NCBI GenBank assembly: GCA_051362555.1
Contig: CM120648.1
Span: 13,822,587 to 13,886,586 of the forward strand
Origin: Lingula anatina
Lineage: Eukaryota > Animalia > Brachiopoda
Direction of reading: 5' to 3'
DNA length: 64,000 nt
The first letter of the stretch is position 1. The number at the start of each line of letters is the position of its first letter. This document shows, piece by piece, positions 13,001 through 26,214 of the stretch. The position numbers and the translations under genes are program-made. The notes under the pieces were generated by a model, which saw nothing but the letters and a program-made list of their open reading frames with translations, was not told the origin of the DNA and made no database searches.

Positions 13001-16000
13001 TGAATTGGCAATAAAATACATTTAAATTAAATACAGGGATGTGATAAGCTTTTCTCAGATTTTTATTGTTGTAAAGCATCATTTGTACTAATTTCACAAA
13101 GATTGGACCACATTTGTCCAAATTATTAACGTTTAACTATTTTGATCCATGGAATTTGCCATTGTTTTCAATGTAATTTTTAGTTTTTTCGAATATATTG
13201 TCCGAAAAATGGTTTTGATTACACACAGTCAACTGATAACCTTATCTCAGATTTTTATTGTTATTAGGCATCATTTATACCAATTTCATAAACATTGTAC
13301 CAGATTTGTGAAAATTATTAACATTTAACTATTTTATTCCATGGAATTTTTCCTTTTTCCAGGTAAACCTTCCATTGCAGCCTTGTGGCTTCTTGGTTGA
13401 CAGACTCTTCCTGTCTCTTTATGGCTAATGTCTATAGAACAAAAAAGGCATTGAAAGACAACATCAGGAGCAGTGCTCTTTCTCATCCATGTGTGCAATA
13501 CATGATATGTGGCAAGATTAAGGACATGGTCAAATGGTGTGCTTACAGTCCAATTCCAGAAACCCACTGTAAGGATGAGTCTGCATCTGGTATTGGTAGT
13601 AAGGAGAAGTCTTGATTGGGTATATGTTGTTTTTCAGAGAACAATAATAGGTAATTTGCCACTTCCTACACAAACCAACACAAGTCATCACATATGTTGT
13701 TTTATTTGAGATAAAATGCTTTATTGGAATATTGAAATATTTGTTTTCGTAAGTTCCCACTCTTCTCATATGAATTGGCAATAAAATACATTTAAATTAA
13801 ACACAGGGATGTGATAGCCTTTTCTCAGATTTTTATTGTTGTAAAGCATCATTTGTACAAATTTCACAAAGATTGGACCACATTTGTGCAAATTATTAAC
13901 GTTTAACTATTTTGATCCATGGAATTTGTCATTGTTTTCAATGTAATTTTTAGTTTTCTCGAATATATTGTCTGAAAAATGGTTTTGATTACACACAGTC
14001 AACTGATAATCTTATCTCAGATTTTTATTGTTTTTAGGCATCATTTATACCAATTTCATAAACATTGGACCAGATTTGTGAAAATTATTAACATTTAACT
14101 ATTTTATTCCATGGAATTTTTCCTTTTTCCAGGTAAACCTTCCATTGCAGCCTTGTGGCTTCTTGGTTGACAGACTCTTCCTGTCTCTTTATGGCTAATG
14201 TCTATAGAACAAAAAAGGCATTGAAAGACAACATCAGGAGCAGTGCTCTTTCTCATCCATGTGTGCAATACATGATATGTGGCAAGATTAAGGACATGGT
14301 CAAATGGTGTGCTAACAGTCCGATTCCAGAAACCCACTGTAAGGATGAGTCTGCATCTGGTATTGGTAGTAAGGAGAAGTCTTGATTGGGTATATGTTGT
14401 TTTTCAGAGAACAATAATAGGTAATTTGCCAGTTCCTACACAAACCAACACAAGTCATCACATATATTGTTTTATTTGAGATAAAATGATTTATTGTAAT
14501 ATTGAAATATTTGTTTTCGTAAGTTCCCACTCTTCTTATATGAATTGGCAATAAAATACATTTAAATTAAATACAGGGATGTGATAAGCTTTTCTCAGAT
14601 TTTTATTGTTGTAAAGCATCATTTGTACAAATTTCACAAAGATTGGACCACATTTGTCCAAATTATTAACGTTTAACTATTTTGATCCATGGAATTTGTC
14701 ATTGTTTTCAATGTAATTTTTAGTTTTCTCGAATATATTGTCCGAAAAATGGTTTTGATTACACACAGTCAACTGATAACCTTATCTCAGATTTTTATTG
14801 TTATTAGGCATCATTTATACCAATTTCATAAACATTGTACCAGATTTGTGAAAATTATTAACATTTAACTATTTTATTCCATGGAATTTTTCCTTTTTCC
14901 AGGTAAACCTTCCATTGCAGCCTTGTGGCTTCTTGGTTGACAGACTCTTACTGTCTCTTTATGGCTAATGCCTATAGAAAAAAACAGGCATTGAAAGACA
15001 ACATCAGAAGCAGTGCTCTGTCTCATCCATGTGTGCAATACATGATATGTGGCAAGATTAAGGACATGGTCAAATGGTGTGCTAACAGTCCAATTCCAGA
15101 AACCCACTGTAAGGATGAGTCTGCATCTGGTATTGGTAGTAAGGAGAAGTCTTGATTGGGTATATGTTGTTTTTCAGAGAACAATAATAGGTAATTTGCC
15201 AGTTCCTACACAAACAAACACAAGTCATCACATTTGTTGTTTTATTTGAGATATAATGATTTATTGAAATATTGAAATATTTGTTTTTCGTAAGTTCTCA
15301 CTCTTCTGATCTGAATTGGCAATAACATACACTTAGATTAAACACAGGGATGTGATAAGCTTTTCTCAGATTTTTATTATTGTAAAGCATCATTTGTACA
15401 AATTTCACAAAGATTGGACCACATTTGTCCAAATTATTAACGTTTAACTATTTTGATCCATGGAATTTGCCATTGTTTTCAATGTAATTTTTAGTTTTCT
15501 CGCATATATTGTCCGAAAAATGGTTTTGATTACACACAGTCAACTGATAATCTTATCTCAGATTTTTATTGTTATTAGGCATCATTTATACCAATTTCAC
15601 AAACATTGGACCAGATTTGTGAAAATTATTAACATTTAACTATTTTATTCCATGGAATTTTTCCTTTTTCCAGGTAAACCTTCCATTGCAGCCTTGTGGC
15701 TTCTTGGTTGACAGACTCTTACTGTCTCTTTATGGCTAATGCCTATAGAAAAAAACAGGCATTGAAAGACAACATCAGAAGCAGTGCTCTGTCTCATCCA
15801 TGTGTGCAATACATGATATGTGGCAAGATTAAGGACATGGTCAAATGGTGTGCTAACAGTCCAATTCCAGAAACCCACTGTAAGGATGAGTCTGCATCTG
15901 GTATTGGTAGTAAGGAGAAGTCTTGATTGGGTATATGTTGTTTTTCAGAGAACAATAATAGGTTATTAACCACTTCCTACACAAACCAACACAAGTCATC

Positions 16001-19000
16001 ACATATATTGTTTTATTTGAGATAAAATGATTTATTGGAATATTGAAATATTTGTTTTCGTAAGTTCCCACTCTTCTTATATGAATTGGCAATAAAATAC
16101 ATTTAAATTAAATACAGGGATGTGATAAGCTTTTCTCAGATTTTTATTGTTGTAAAGCATCATTTGTACAAATTTCACAAAGATTGGACCACATTTGTCC
16201 AAATTATTAACGTTTAACTATTTTGATCCATGGAATTTGCCATTGTTTTCAATGTAATTTTTAGTTTTTTCGAATATATTGTCCGAAAAATGGTTTTGAT
16301 TACACACAGTCAACTGATAACCTTATCTCAGATTTTTATTGTTATTAGGCATCATTTATACCAATTTCATAAACATTGTACCAGATTTGTGAAAATTATT
16401 AACATTTAACTATTTTATTCCATGGAATTTTTCCTTTTTCCAGGTAAACCTTCCATTGCAGCCTTGTGGCTTCTTGGTTGACAGACTCTTACTGTCTCTT
16501 TATGGCTAATGCCTATAGAAAAAAACAGGCATTGAAAGACAACATCAGAAGCAGTGCTCTGTCTCATCCATGTGTGCAATACATGATATGTGGCAAGATT
16601 AAGGACATGGTCAAATGGTGTGCTAACAGTCCAATTCCAGAAACCCACTGTAAGGATGAGTCTGCATCTGGTATTGGTAGTAAGGAGAAGTCTTGATTGG
16701 GTATATGTTGTTTTTCAGAGAACAATAATAGGTTATTAACCACTTCCTACACAAACCAACACAAGTCATCACATATATTGTTTTATTTGAGATAAAATGA
16801 TTTATTGGAATATTGAAATATTTGTTTTCGTAAGTTCCCACTCTTCTTATATGAATTGGCAATAAAATACATTTAAATTAAATACAGGGATGTGATAAGC
16901 TTTTCTCAGATTTTTATTGTTGTAAAGCATCATTTGTACAAATTTCACAAAGATTGGACCACATTTGTCCAAATTATTAACGTTTAACTATTTTGATCCA
17001 TGGAATTTGCCATTGTTTTCAATGTAATTTTTAGTTTTTTCGAATATATTGTCCGAAAAATGGTTTTGATTACACACAGTCAACTGATAACCTTATCTCA
17101 GATTTTTATTGTTATTAGGCATCATTTATACCAATTTCATAAACATTGTACCAGATTTGTGAAAATTATTAACATTTAACTATTTTATTCCATGGAATTT
17201 TTCCTTTTTCCAGGTAAACCTTCCATTGCAGCCTTGTGGCTTCTTGGTTGACAGACTCTTACTGTCTCTTTATGGCTAATGCCTATAGAAAAAAACAGGC
17301 ATTGAAAGACAACATCAGAAGCAGTGCTCTGTCTCATCCATGTGTGCAATACATGATATGTGGCAAGATTAAGGACATGGTCAAATGGTGTGCTAACAGT
17401 CCAATTCCAGAAACCCACTGTAAGGATGAGTCTGCATCTGGTATTGGTAGTAAGGAGAAGTCTTGATTGGGTATATGTTGTTTTTCAGAGAACAATAATA
17501 GGTTATTAACCACTTCCTACACAAACCAACACAAGTCATCACATATATTGTTTTATTTGAGATAAAATGATTTATTGGAATATTGAAATATTTGTTTTCG
17601 TAAGTTCCCACTCTTCTTATATGAATTGGCAATAAAATACATTTAAATTAAATACAGGGATGTGATAAGCTTTTCTCAGATTTTTATTGTTGTAAAGCAT
17701 CATTTGTACAAATTTCACAAAGATTGGACCACATTTGTCCAAATTATTAACGTTTAACTATTTTGATCCATGGAATTTGCCATTGTTTTCAATGTAATTT
17801 TTAGTTTTTTCGAATATATTGTCCGAAAAATGGTTTTGATTACACACAGTCAACTGATAACCTTATCTCAGATTTTTATTGTTATTAGGCATCATTTATA
17901 CCAATTTCATAAACATTGTACCAGATTTGTGAAAATTATTAACATTTAACTATTTTATTCCATGGAATTTTTCCTTTTTCCAGGTAAACCTTCCATTGCA
18001 GCCTTGTGGCTTCTTGGTTGACAGACTCTTACTGTCTCTTTATGGCTAATGCCTATAGAAAAAAACAGGCATTGAAAGACAACATCAGAAGCAGTGCTCT
18101 GTCTCATCCATGTGTGCAATACATGATATGTGGCAAGATTAAGGACATGGTCAAATGGTGTGCTAACAGTCCAATTCCAGAAACCCACTGTAAGGATGAG
18201 TCTGCATCTGGTATTGGTAGTAAGGAGAAGTCTTGATTGGGTATACGTTGTTTTTCAGAGAACAATAATAGGTAATTTGCCAGTTCCTACACAAACCAAC
18301 ACAAGTCATCACATTTGTTGTTTTATTTGAGATATAATGATTTATTGTAATATTGAAATATTTGTTTTCGTAAGTTCCCACTCTTCTTATATGAATTGGC
18401 AATAAAATACATTTAAATTAAATACAGGGATGTGATAAGCTTTTCTCTGATTTTTATTATTGTAAAGCATCATTTGTACAAATTTCACAAAGATTGGACC
18501 ACATTTGTCCAAATTATTAACGTTTAACTATTTTGATCCATGGAATTTGTCATTGTTTTCAATGTAATTTTTAGTTTTCTCGAATATATTGTCCGAAAAA
18601 TGGTTTTGATTACACACAGTCAACTGATAACCTTATCTCAGATTTTTATTGTTATTAGGCATCATTTATTCTAATTTCATAAACATTGTACCAGATTTGT
18701 GAAAATTATTAACATTTAACTATTTTATTCCATGGAATTTTTCCTTTTTCCAGGTAAACCTTCCATTGCAGCCTTGTGGCTTCTTGGTTGACAGACTCTT
18801 ACTGTCTCTTTATGGCTAATGCCTATAGAAAAAAACAGGCATTGAAAGACAACATCAGAAGCAGTGCTCTGTCTCATCCATGTGTGCAATACATGATATG
18901 TGGCAAGATTAAGGACATGGTCAAATGGTGTGCTAACAGTCCAATTCCAGAAACCCACTGTAAGGATGAGTCTGCATCTGGTATTGGTAGTAAGGAGAAG

Positions 19001-19191
19001 TCTTGATTGGGTATATGTTGTTTTTCAGAGAACAATAATAGGTAATTTGCCAGTTCCTACACAAACAAACACAAGTCATCACATTTGTTGTTTTATTTGA
19101 GATATAATGATTTATTGAAATATTGAAATATTTGTTTTTCGTAAGTTCTCACTCTTCTGATATGAATTGGTAATAAAATACACTTCAATTA

Positions 19192-21113
19192 CGGTAATAT
19201 GCCAAACAATTCGACCAAGATTAATTAATTAATTTCATGGAAATGTCAGTTTGGCCGAATTGATTAAAATACAGCAATTGGAAACCTTTGATATCGTCGG
19301 ATTGTTAGGGGCATCTGCCAAAACGTCCATCTTTCCGGAAGCATTGCATTTTACTGGAAGTGTTACGCAAGATAAGCCGCAATTTTCGCCTAACACGTGT
19401 TTCAGGCATGTTTTATCCTTCTTCTGAAATCTTATTTTGCTGTGTACAATACAATGTATGTGCTAACATTACTTAACATTAAAAAAGACGACAATTATAA
19501 TTTCTAATTATATATTTCCCTCACCTACGATCATTTTCATGATGCGCTTCACAAGTGGGACGAGTATTTCCCCGGAGACAGGTGTTGTAAACAAAGGCCG
19601 GTCATTTATATTTAAAACCGGTAGCTTTAGTGGACTTAAACTAGTTATGTGATCTACGTACGCCCTATTTGAATTTTAATATGACAACTGAAATCAACCG
19701 AATTGAATTTTTTTTTACCAGTCTGAGATCAGTTGTTTTCAACCCGCAAGGCTTGCTCAGCGTCGAGGCGTAGACGTACGTACTAGTACTTCCGAAGAAA
19801 ATTCAATCACCCGTATCAAAGAATACCAACTGGTGCTCAAACGAAAATCAGTGTAACTTCAAATTACTTTTAAGTATTTTATTTAAAAAGCATGTCATAT
19901 TAAAACATATTGGGAAAAGGCAAAATACGAAGCCTACCTGTGCCGATAGACATACAGTATCTTGCTGGCACTCTTCCGATTTTCTTACTTATATACTCTC
20001 GCTGTGCACAAACCACGGTGCATATTGAAAACCCCACTGATACAACCCGAACGTAAAAAAGCATTTAATTGCCATAATTTTCACAAAACAGGTGCTTTTA
20101 TAATTTAACGTGAGAATTGAGAACATGCAGAAAAGAAAGACTGGTCTTATCCGGTCTGATCTAGCATAGCGCAAACCACATGTTAATGAAGACGGTTCCA
20201 TTTTGGGGGAGGGGGGTCACAGGAATGGAGTTTTTCATGGATTACGCTAAATATTATCAACATTTCATGCATCTGGGGAAATAGAAAGTGACTCACAGGT
20301 AACGTAAATACCCAGTGGAACTCTCTATGAAGCTCCCATGGAGTTAAGGAAGACGTCATTTTTATTGTTGACAAATCAGTTATCCATGTAGGTGAACAGC
20401 TACACGTGTTCGTCAGATTTTGACAGCGCGTGGTATTTGGCGCCAAGAAGTCTGGGCGGTCGATCCCGCTGATCTTTCGGTCGATTGTAGTAAATGTGAG
20501 ATCTTGCGGTGTTGACTTCAAGAACGTTTCCCCATCTGCATATATATTTCAATCGAACTTGAAAATAAATTGCTTATTCTTCCCAAACTTTTTTATTGCC
20601 AGCAAACGCTATTATAATATATGGTCTTTATGAAGGTGTTTACCACGTATTCTACCCACTGTCGATACTTGGTTTCATCCATAATAGACCTTTTTTTTAA
20701 CCCCCCCCCCCTCCCCAGTTACGGGCGTGATGAATCAGTCAGCGAGGGCAAGTCTGCTTAATTAGCACAATTTGTACGTCTAAAAGCACTATTATTGTCA
20801 TCGGGGACAAAAGAAATGACAGGTACGTCATGCTTCCAGATTAGATCTTCAATTAATTGTTTCTTCCTCATTGACGAGAGCTATTGAAAGAACAACAATT
20901 GACAAAGGGCCGAGGCATGCAGCATCTATTTCACTGGCTTGAAAATTTACCGAGTCTTGCCGACGATGTGGTCGAACAATCGGAACAAGAAAAAAATTCT
21001 GTCGCATGATTTTGACGTATGGACTAAATGTTTGAGCCCAGAAAAATTAATTTTATAAAATAATTTTTGTGGTCGGATTGACTGGGTCCGTCGAAATGCT
21101 TGGCACATTACCG
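19192..21113. mobile_element. Non-autonomous Tc1/mariner-pogo-type TIR element with TA target duplication, inserted into the array
   Basis: Left end cggtaatatgccaaacaattcgac vs reverse complement of right end cggtaatgtgccaagcatttcgac (21/24). TA at 19190-91 and 21114-15. The empty site cacttcaatTAaacacagg is seen in sister units (~9940, ~11480). Confidence 0.9.
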
Positions 21114-21890
21114 TAAACACAGGGATGTGATAAGCTTTTCTCAGATTTTTATTGTTGTAAAGCATCATTTGTACAAATTTCACAAAGATTGGACCACATT
21201 TGTCCAAATTATTAACGTTTAACTATTTTGATCCATGGAATTTGTCATTGTTTTCAATGTAATTTTTAGTTTTCTTGAATATATTGTCCGAAAAATAGTT
21301 TTGATTACACACAGTCAACTGATAATCTTATCTCAGATTTTTATTGTTATTAGGCATCATTTATACCAATTTCTCAAACATTAACCAAATTTGTGAAAAT
21401 TATTAACATTTAACTATTTTATTCCATGGAATTTGCCCTTTTTCCAGGTAAACCTTCCATTGCAGCCTTGTGGCTTCTTGGTTGACAGACTCTTCCTGTC
21501 TCTTTATGGCTAATGCCTATAGAAAAAAACAGGCATTGAAAGACAACATCAGGAGCAGTGCTCTGTCTCATCCATGTGTGCAATACATGATATGTGGCAA
21601 GATTAAGGACATGGTCAAATGGTGTGCTAACAGTCCGATTCCAGAAACCCACTGTAAGGATGAGTCTGCATCTGGTATTGGTAGTAAGGAGAAGTCTTGA
21701 TTGGGTATATGTTGTTTTTCAGAGAAAAATAATAGGTAATTTGCCAGTTCCTACACAAACAAACACAAGTCATCACATTTGTTGTTTTATTTGAGATAAA
21801 ATGATTTGTTGAAATATTGAAATATTTGTTTTTCGTAAGTTCTCATTCTTCTGATATGAATTGGCAATAAAATACACTTAAATCAGACAA

Positions 21891-22510
21891 AGTATATTGT
21901 CTGAAAAAATCACTTTCATTACACACAGTCTACTGATAATCTTATATCAGATTTTTATGTTTTTAAGCTTCATTTATTCAGATTTCACAAACACTGGACC
22001 AGATTTGTCAAAATTTAATGTGTAACTGTTTTAAGCCTTGGAATTTCCCAGTATTTTCAATGTAATTTTCAGTTTCCTTGAATATTTTGTTAGAGAAAAT
22101 ACCTTTTATTAGACACAGGCATCTGATGAGCTTATTTCAGATTATTTCATTTGTGAAGCTACAGTTGTAAGTTTCACAATCATCCAAGTCCAAGTAACAT
22201 CCAAGTTCATTTCACAGAGTTATTAACGTCCAACTGTGTAAATCTGGGGAATTTGCCTGTTAAAAAATTACATTTTGATTAATTACAGTCAGCTGATAAA
22301 CTCATCTCAGATTTTTTTGTTTGTAAGCCTCATTTGTACAAATTTCACAAACATTGAACTAGATTTGTCTAAATTATTAACGCCTAACTTTTTTAAGCCA
22401 TGGTTTTTCAAAGTAATTTTAAGTTTTTGTCAATTATATTGTTCAAAAATACAAATTAATTAGACACAGTCATTAGACAAGTTGAACTGATAAAGTTATC
22501 CCAGTCTCTT
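21891..22510. repeat. Degenerate 170-195-bp satellite monomers related to the array subrepeat, lacking the exon-like segment
   Basis: The tgataa...tcag motif recurs at 21934, 22124, 22294 and 22488; the first three are followed by tttcaca(a)-type motifs. Confidence 0.8.
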
Positions 22511-24894
22511 TTAACTGTAAATTCTGCAGTGAATGGCAATATCATGTAGAACCTGGGTAGTCAATAACACTGATATCCACAACACATGCATACAAACTGG
22601 TATTGAAGGGTGCTGAATAAATGAAATTATCCCAGTTTTTCATCGAATAAGTCACTTATACACTGACTATTACGTTTTACATATTTACTCACATCAACCC
22701 ATCAAGGTAATGCAATGTTTTAAAAGAGGACTTTGACTATTTCTTCAACAGCGCAGTCTTAGTGGGAATGATGGTTGTGTCTTTAGTTTCACTAGAGTTA
22801 CTCGCAAAGAAAGCACTTAACAGTGTATCCATCACATACAGCAGTTAGAGAGAGGGTACACTTAATTGGAGCAACCTCAAGCCTCAGCTGTTTGAGACTA
22901 TATTTTTGGTATGAAATATGAACACAGTACAGATGAAATTACATGGGAACATTTACATGTACAAAATGTATTGCTCTAATTTATATAAATATTGTTTCTT
23001 TGATTCATTGAAAATGACATTTAAAAAGTCTTAAAATGTTCCAGTTTTTGTTATTGTGTACCTGTAATCTTTTAAGTAAATGTATGATTTTATCACATTA
23101 TTACTGGTTTCAATTTTATCACAGTTCTTGAAATTGTATTTCAGATGTTTTGATGAATTAAATGGCTTAGAATTATCATTAATGTATTATAAATGTAGAA
23201 TTGTCAGGCAACAAAGATTTGAAAAATAATAGTAAACATTATTTTTAAATAATAGTTAAAGCTGTATGAAATGGATATTACCAATAAAAACACATTGATT
23301 AATACGAACAGGAAAATTGTTTTTATTTTTTTTCCTTGGGGGGGGGGGGGGGGGGGGGCACTTTAGCTGGAATAAAAGAAATTCTAACCATTTTGTGTCT
23401 TTCAACACTTCTGAAAATAAGATAAAGAAAGTACCAGTACAGTATTAGTTTCCAAGTCCAGGTAACTTAGTGTCCCACAAGAGTGCTGTAATTATACTGT
23501 TTATCCAACCGGTTTAGTGAAAGTTTATCATCGAAAAATTCAAATATAATAACTGAAGTCACATGATACAAGTATAACAGAACCCTTCCTGCAACTTTTT
23601 ATGTACAGTCACAGATGTGTCTGAACACGAAGCCATCACCTGTATCTGCCATCGCCTTCACTGTGCACTTTTTAGTAATGACACGTTAAGTGGAAAGCCA
23701 TTTTACTTTTTATCTTCAAACTTGGGGAACAGATGTATATTCATAAAACACGGGTCGAGTTAAAAGTAATCAAAAGTAGAGTTAAAAGTGATCAAAAGTA
23801 ATGCTGTTTTTTGCTTTTTTCAGCATATTTTATCTACCGTAATACAGATATCATGAAAACTCATATTTTGCTTTAAAACTTGACTAATTTAAAGGACAAA
23901 TATACAGATCAAGTTAAAAAATAAGCTTGATCGGTTAAGTTTTGATGATGTTATGCCTTTTTTTTATATATGTGGTTTTTCCTTGGATTCAGTTCTTAGG
24001 CATGTTTAACAGTCTCATTATGGAACTAATTAGATACGTTAAAGTGATCTTTTGGCATTTTCTGCATCTTACCAATATTGTTAGTTGTATTGTTTAATAA
24101 AGTGTTTAAAATGGAAGTAAACTTGTATCATTGCAGTTTGTCAGATTCAATCATTCACTACGTTCAGAATCTCAGAATGGAGCTGCCTTGATTTTCCAAT
24201 TTATGCATTTCTTGTGAAAATTTCATTTTTCTCAAGCTCATTCTGGCATTTTCAAAATGTGAATTTGAACTCTCATGGGCCTGAAGCCTTATGCTTGTTA
24301 CACATTTTACTTACATTGGTATTACTTGTTGTACATAACTAAAATTTGATGTTGACTTTGCAGTTTAGCATAATATATTATTACTTCAAAATTGCCAGTA
24401 ACCTATTTTGTGCATTATTATTTTCTGCTTTTTGGTCGTACATTTGACAGCTTTGCTGCCTTGTTTTGCAATACACCTCACTCCAAATTTCAGATTCCAT
24501 ACAAGAGCAAATCGCAAAGGTACAGTACTACACCGGCGCCAACAACTCTATCATTTCCGAGGGAGATGCTGAAGAAAGTGACGAAGGCTGCTCTTATACT
24601 GTTACTGAGACTGAAATGGATTCTGAGACTAAGGGCAGGACTATGAATTACAGAGAGAAAAGCTTGTTCGCTTGTATAAGAAAACTGGAAAGCGTTCTCA
24701 TTAATAAACGGGTCATATATTAACTTGAGAATACGAACATTGTAGTGGATAAACCAAACGGGTTCCGATGAATCTGATCACATAAATGTGTTTATTTTTA
24801 TTAAAATAGTCTCGTACAAAATAGCGACAGACTCTTTAGCCTTTAAAGACCTACATGTAGAAACCCTTTGATTGCATTGACAAAGATTTAAAGT

Positions 24895-25450
24895 GGCACC
24901 TATATTCTCCTAATCCATCAACGCCTTGGCGCTGGAAATGAGCACCTTAAACCTAGGAGTGAAACTGGTTGACCAAAATCTGTCTCTGTTATTGACTGCA
25001 GATTATATTACCCTAATGTCACACTCAGAAGGACAGTTACAAGGCATGTTAGACTTTCATCAGTGGTGCAAACAGCAGGGTGTTCTTATCAACTCAGACA
25101 AATCAAAGTAGGCTATACGCACCTCGGGAAGACCTGAGCTTAAGAATATGATTTTATATCACAGTGGGAGATAATAAACTAGAAATGGTGAACCAGTGTG
25201 AATAATTGAGCGTTTAGTCTCACTACACCGGCTACTTGGCGTTACACGCAAAACCGTTAACAAAAAGCAGTGGACTTGCGCTTGGAAAAAGTATATCTAA
25301 GACTCACTCTTATAAAACGCTAGTACTTGGATTATCAGCGTTGTATCCGTTCTGGACTATGTTTCGGGAGTCTGTGGATTCTCATAGTGAAAGCGCTCAA
25401 AATAAAGCGATTTCTTACTGACGAGTCCACGGGACCCGACTGGCTACCAT
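24895..25450 (+). mobile_element. Decayed non-LTR retrotransposon reverse transcriptase fragment (L2/CR1/Jockey-group-like)
   Basis: INALALEMSTLNLGVKL..NLSLLLTADYITLMSHSEGQLQGMLD..WCKQQGVLINSDKSK matches the LLYADDIVL...LQ.ML....WC....L.IN.DKSK region of LINE RT. The catalytic YADD is mutated and stops follow. Confidence 0.8.
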
Positions 25451-26214
25451 GTCAGCACTGTAGATGGTTAAACACGGTGCAAAACTGGCAGAGAGTTGTT
25501 CGTTGAGCAAACTCGTGTCACAAAACGTGTGCTTGAGATAGATTAGCAGCGTTGCGTAAAAAATTGGTGCGAGCTTTCGAAAAAAAGAAAATGTGATGAT
25601 TATTATTTATTTCATTGATAGTTAATCTGTTATTACTATTGTCATTGTTATTTTCTATTTTATTATAAATTTTGGCCCTGCGAAAACATGCTATCTTATT
25701 AACAAATTGTTCCATAATAGGGCCGGGGGTATACCCGTATCACCATAATAAAACAGTATTCTATTCTAGTTGTGCCTTTTCTTTGTATACAGTTATTTGA
25801 ACAGCGAATAGAATAAACCAGTAAGCAGAAAAAACCGTTACATTTACATGTACAAACCTTTCGGCTTCACAAATCTATAGTAAACAATATATAGTAATTG
25901 AGCAATATACGTCTGAATGTTTAAACTGCATTGTACTGGTAATGATAATGATAACAACCTCATTCATTTGGAATTGAGATATGACCTTATGGGATTTGCC
26001 GCGAGATGTAACTTTTTAGATTGGATAAAAGTCGCATTTTGTCTTCTCTAACACATTCGATTGATTTTTATTGGGTTCATTCATTCTACCAGCGAAATCT
26101 GACTGCTGCCACTGGTCACTTGATATAATTTTTGATGGCTGATAAAACGTGATTGTTTTGCCGTTGTGATTTTAGTTAACCCGAATTGCCTTCTCGGGAT
26201 CGGAATCCATAATA

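Larger units (their letters stand above)
1..21890. repeat. 770-bp tandem macrosatellite, 26 complete exon-like segments plus a partial copy at the window start; continues upstream of the window; interrupted at 19192-21113
   Basis: Near-identical sequence and ORFs recur at 634, 1404, 2174, 2753, 3523 ... 18725 and 21419. Period is 770/771 bp with two short units (579 and 567 bp). Differences are scattered SNPs. Confidence 0.98.

Noticed and set aside
634-21794. Repeated 66-83 aa ORFs on both strands of the array as a tandem gene family
   Set aside because: The ORFs overlap on both strands, several lack an ATG start, unit SNPs are mostly non-synonymous, and no domain is recognisable. They recur only because the DNA is repeated.
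1-21890. CRISPR-like repeat-spacer array, or an rDNA/5S/snRNA/histone tandem cluster
   Set aside because: There are no unique spacers, and I recognise no rRNA, snRNA, tRNA or histone sequence.
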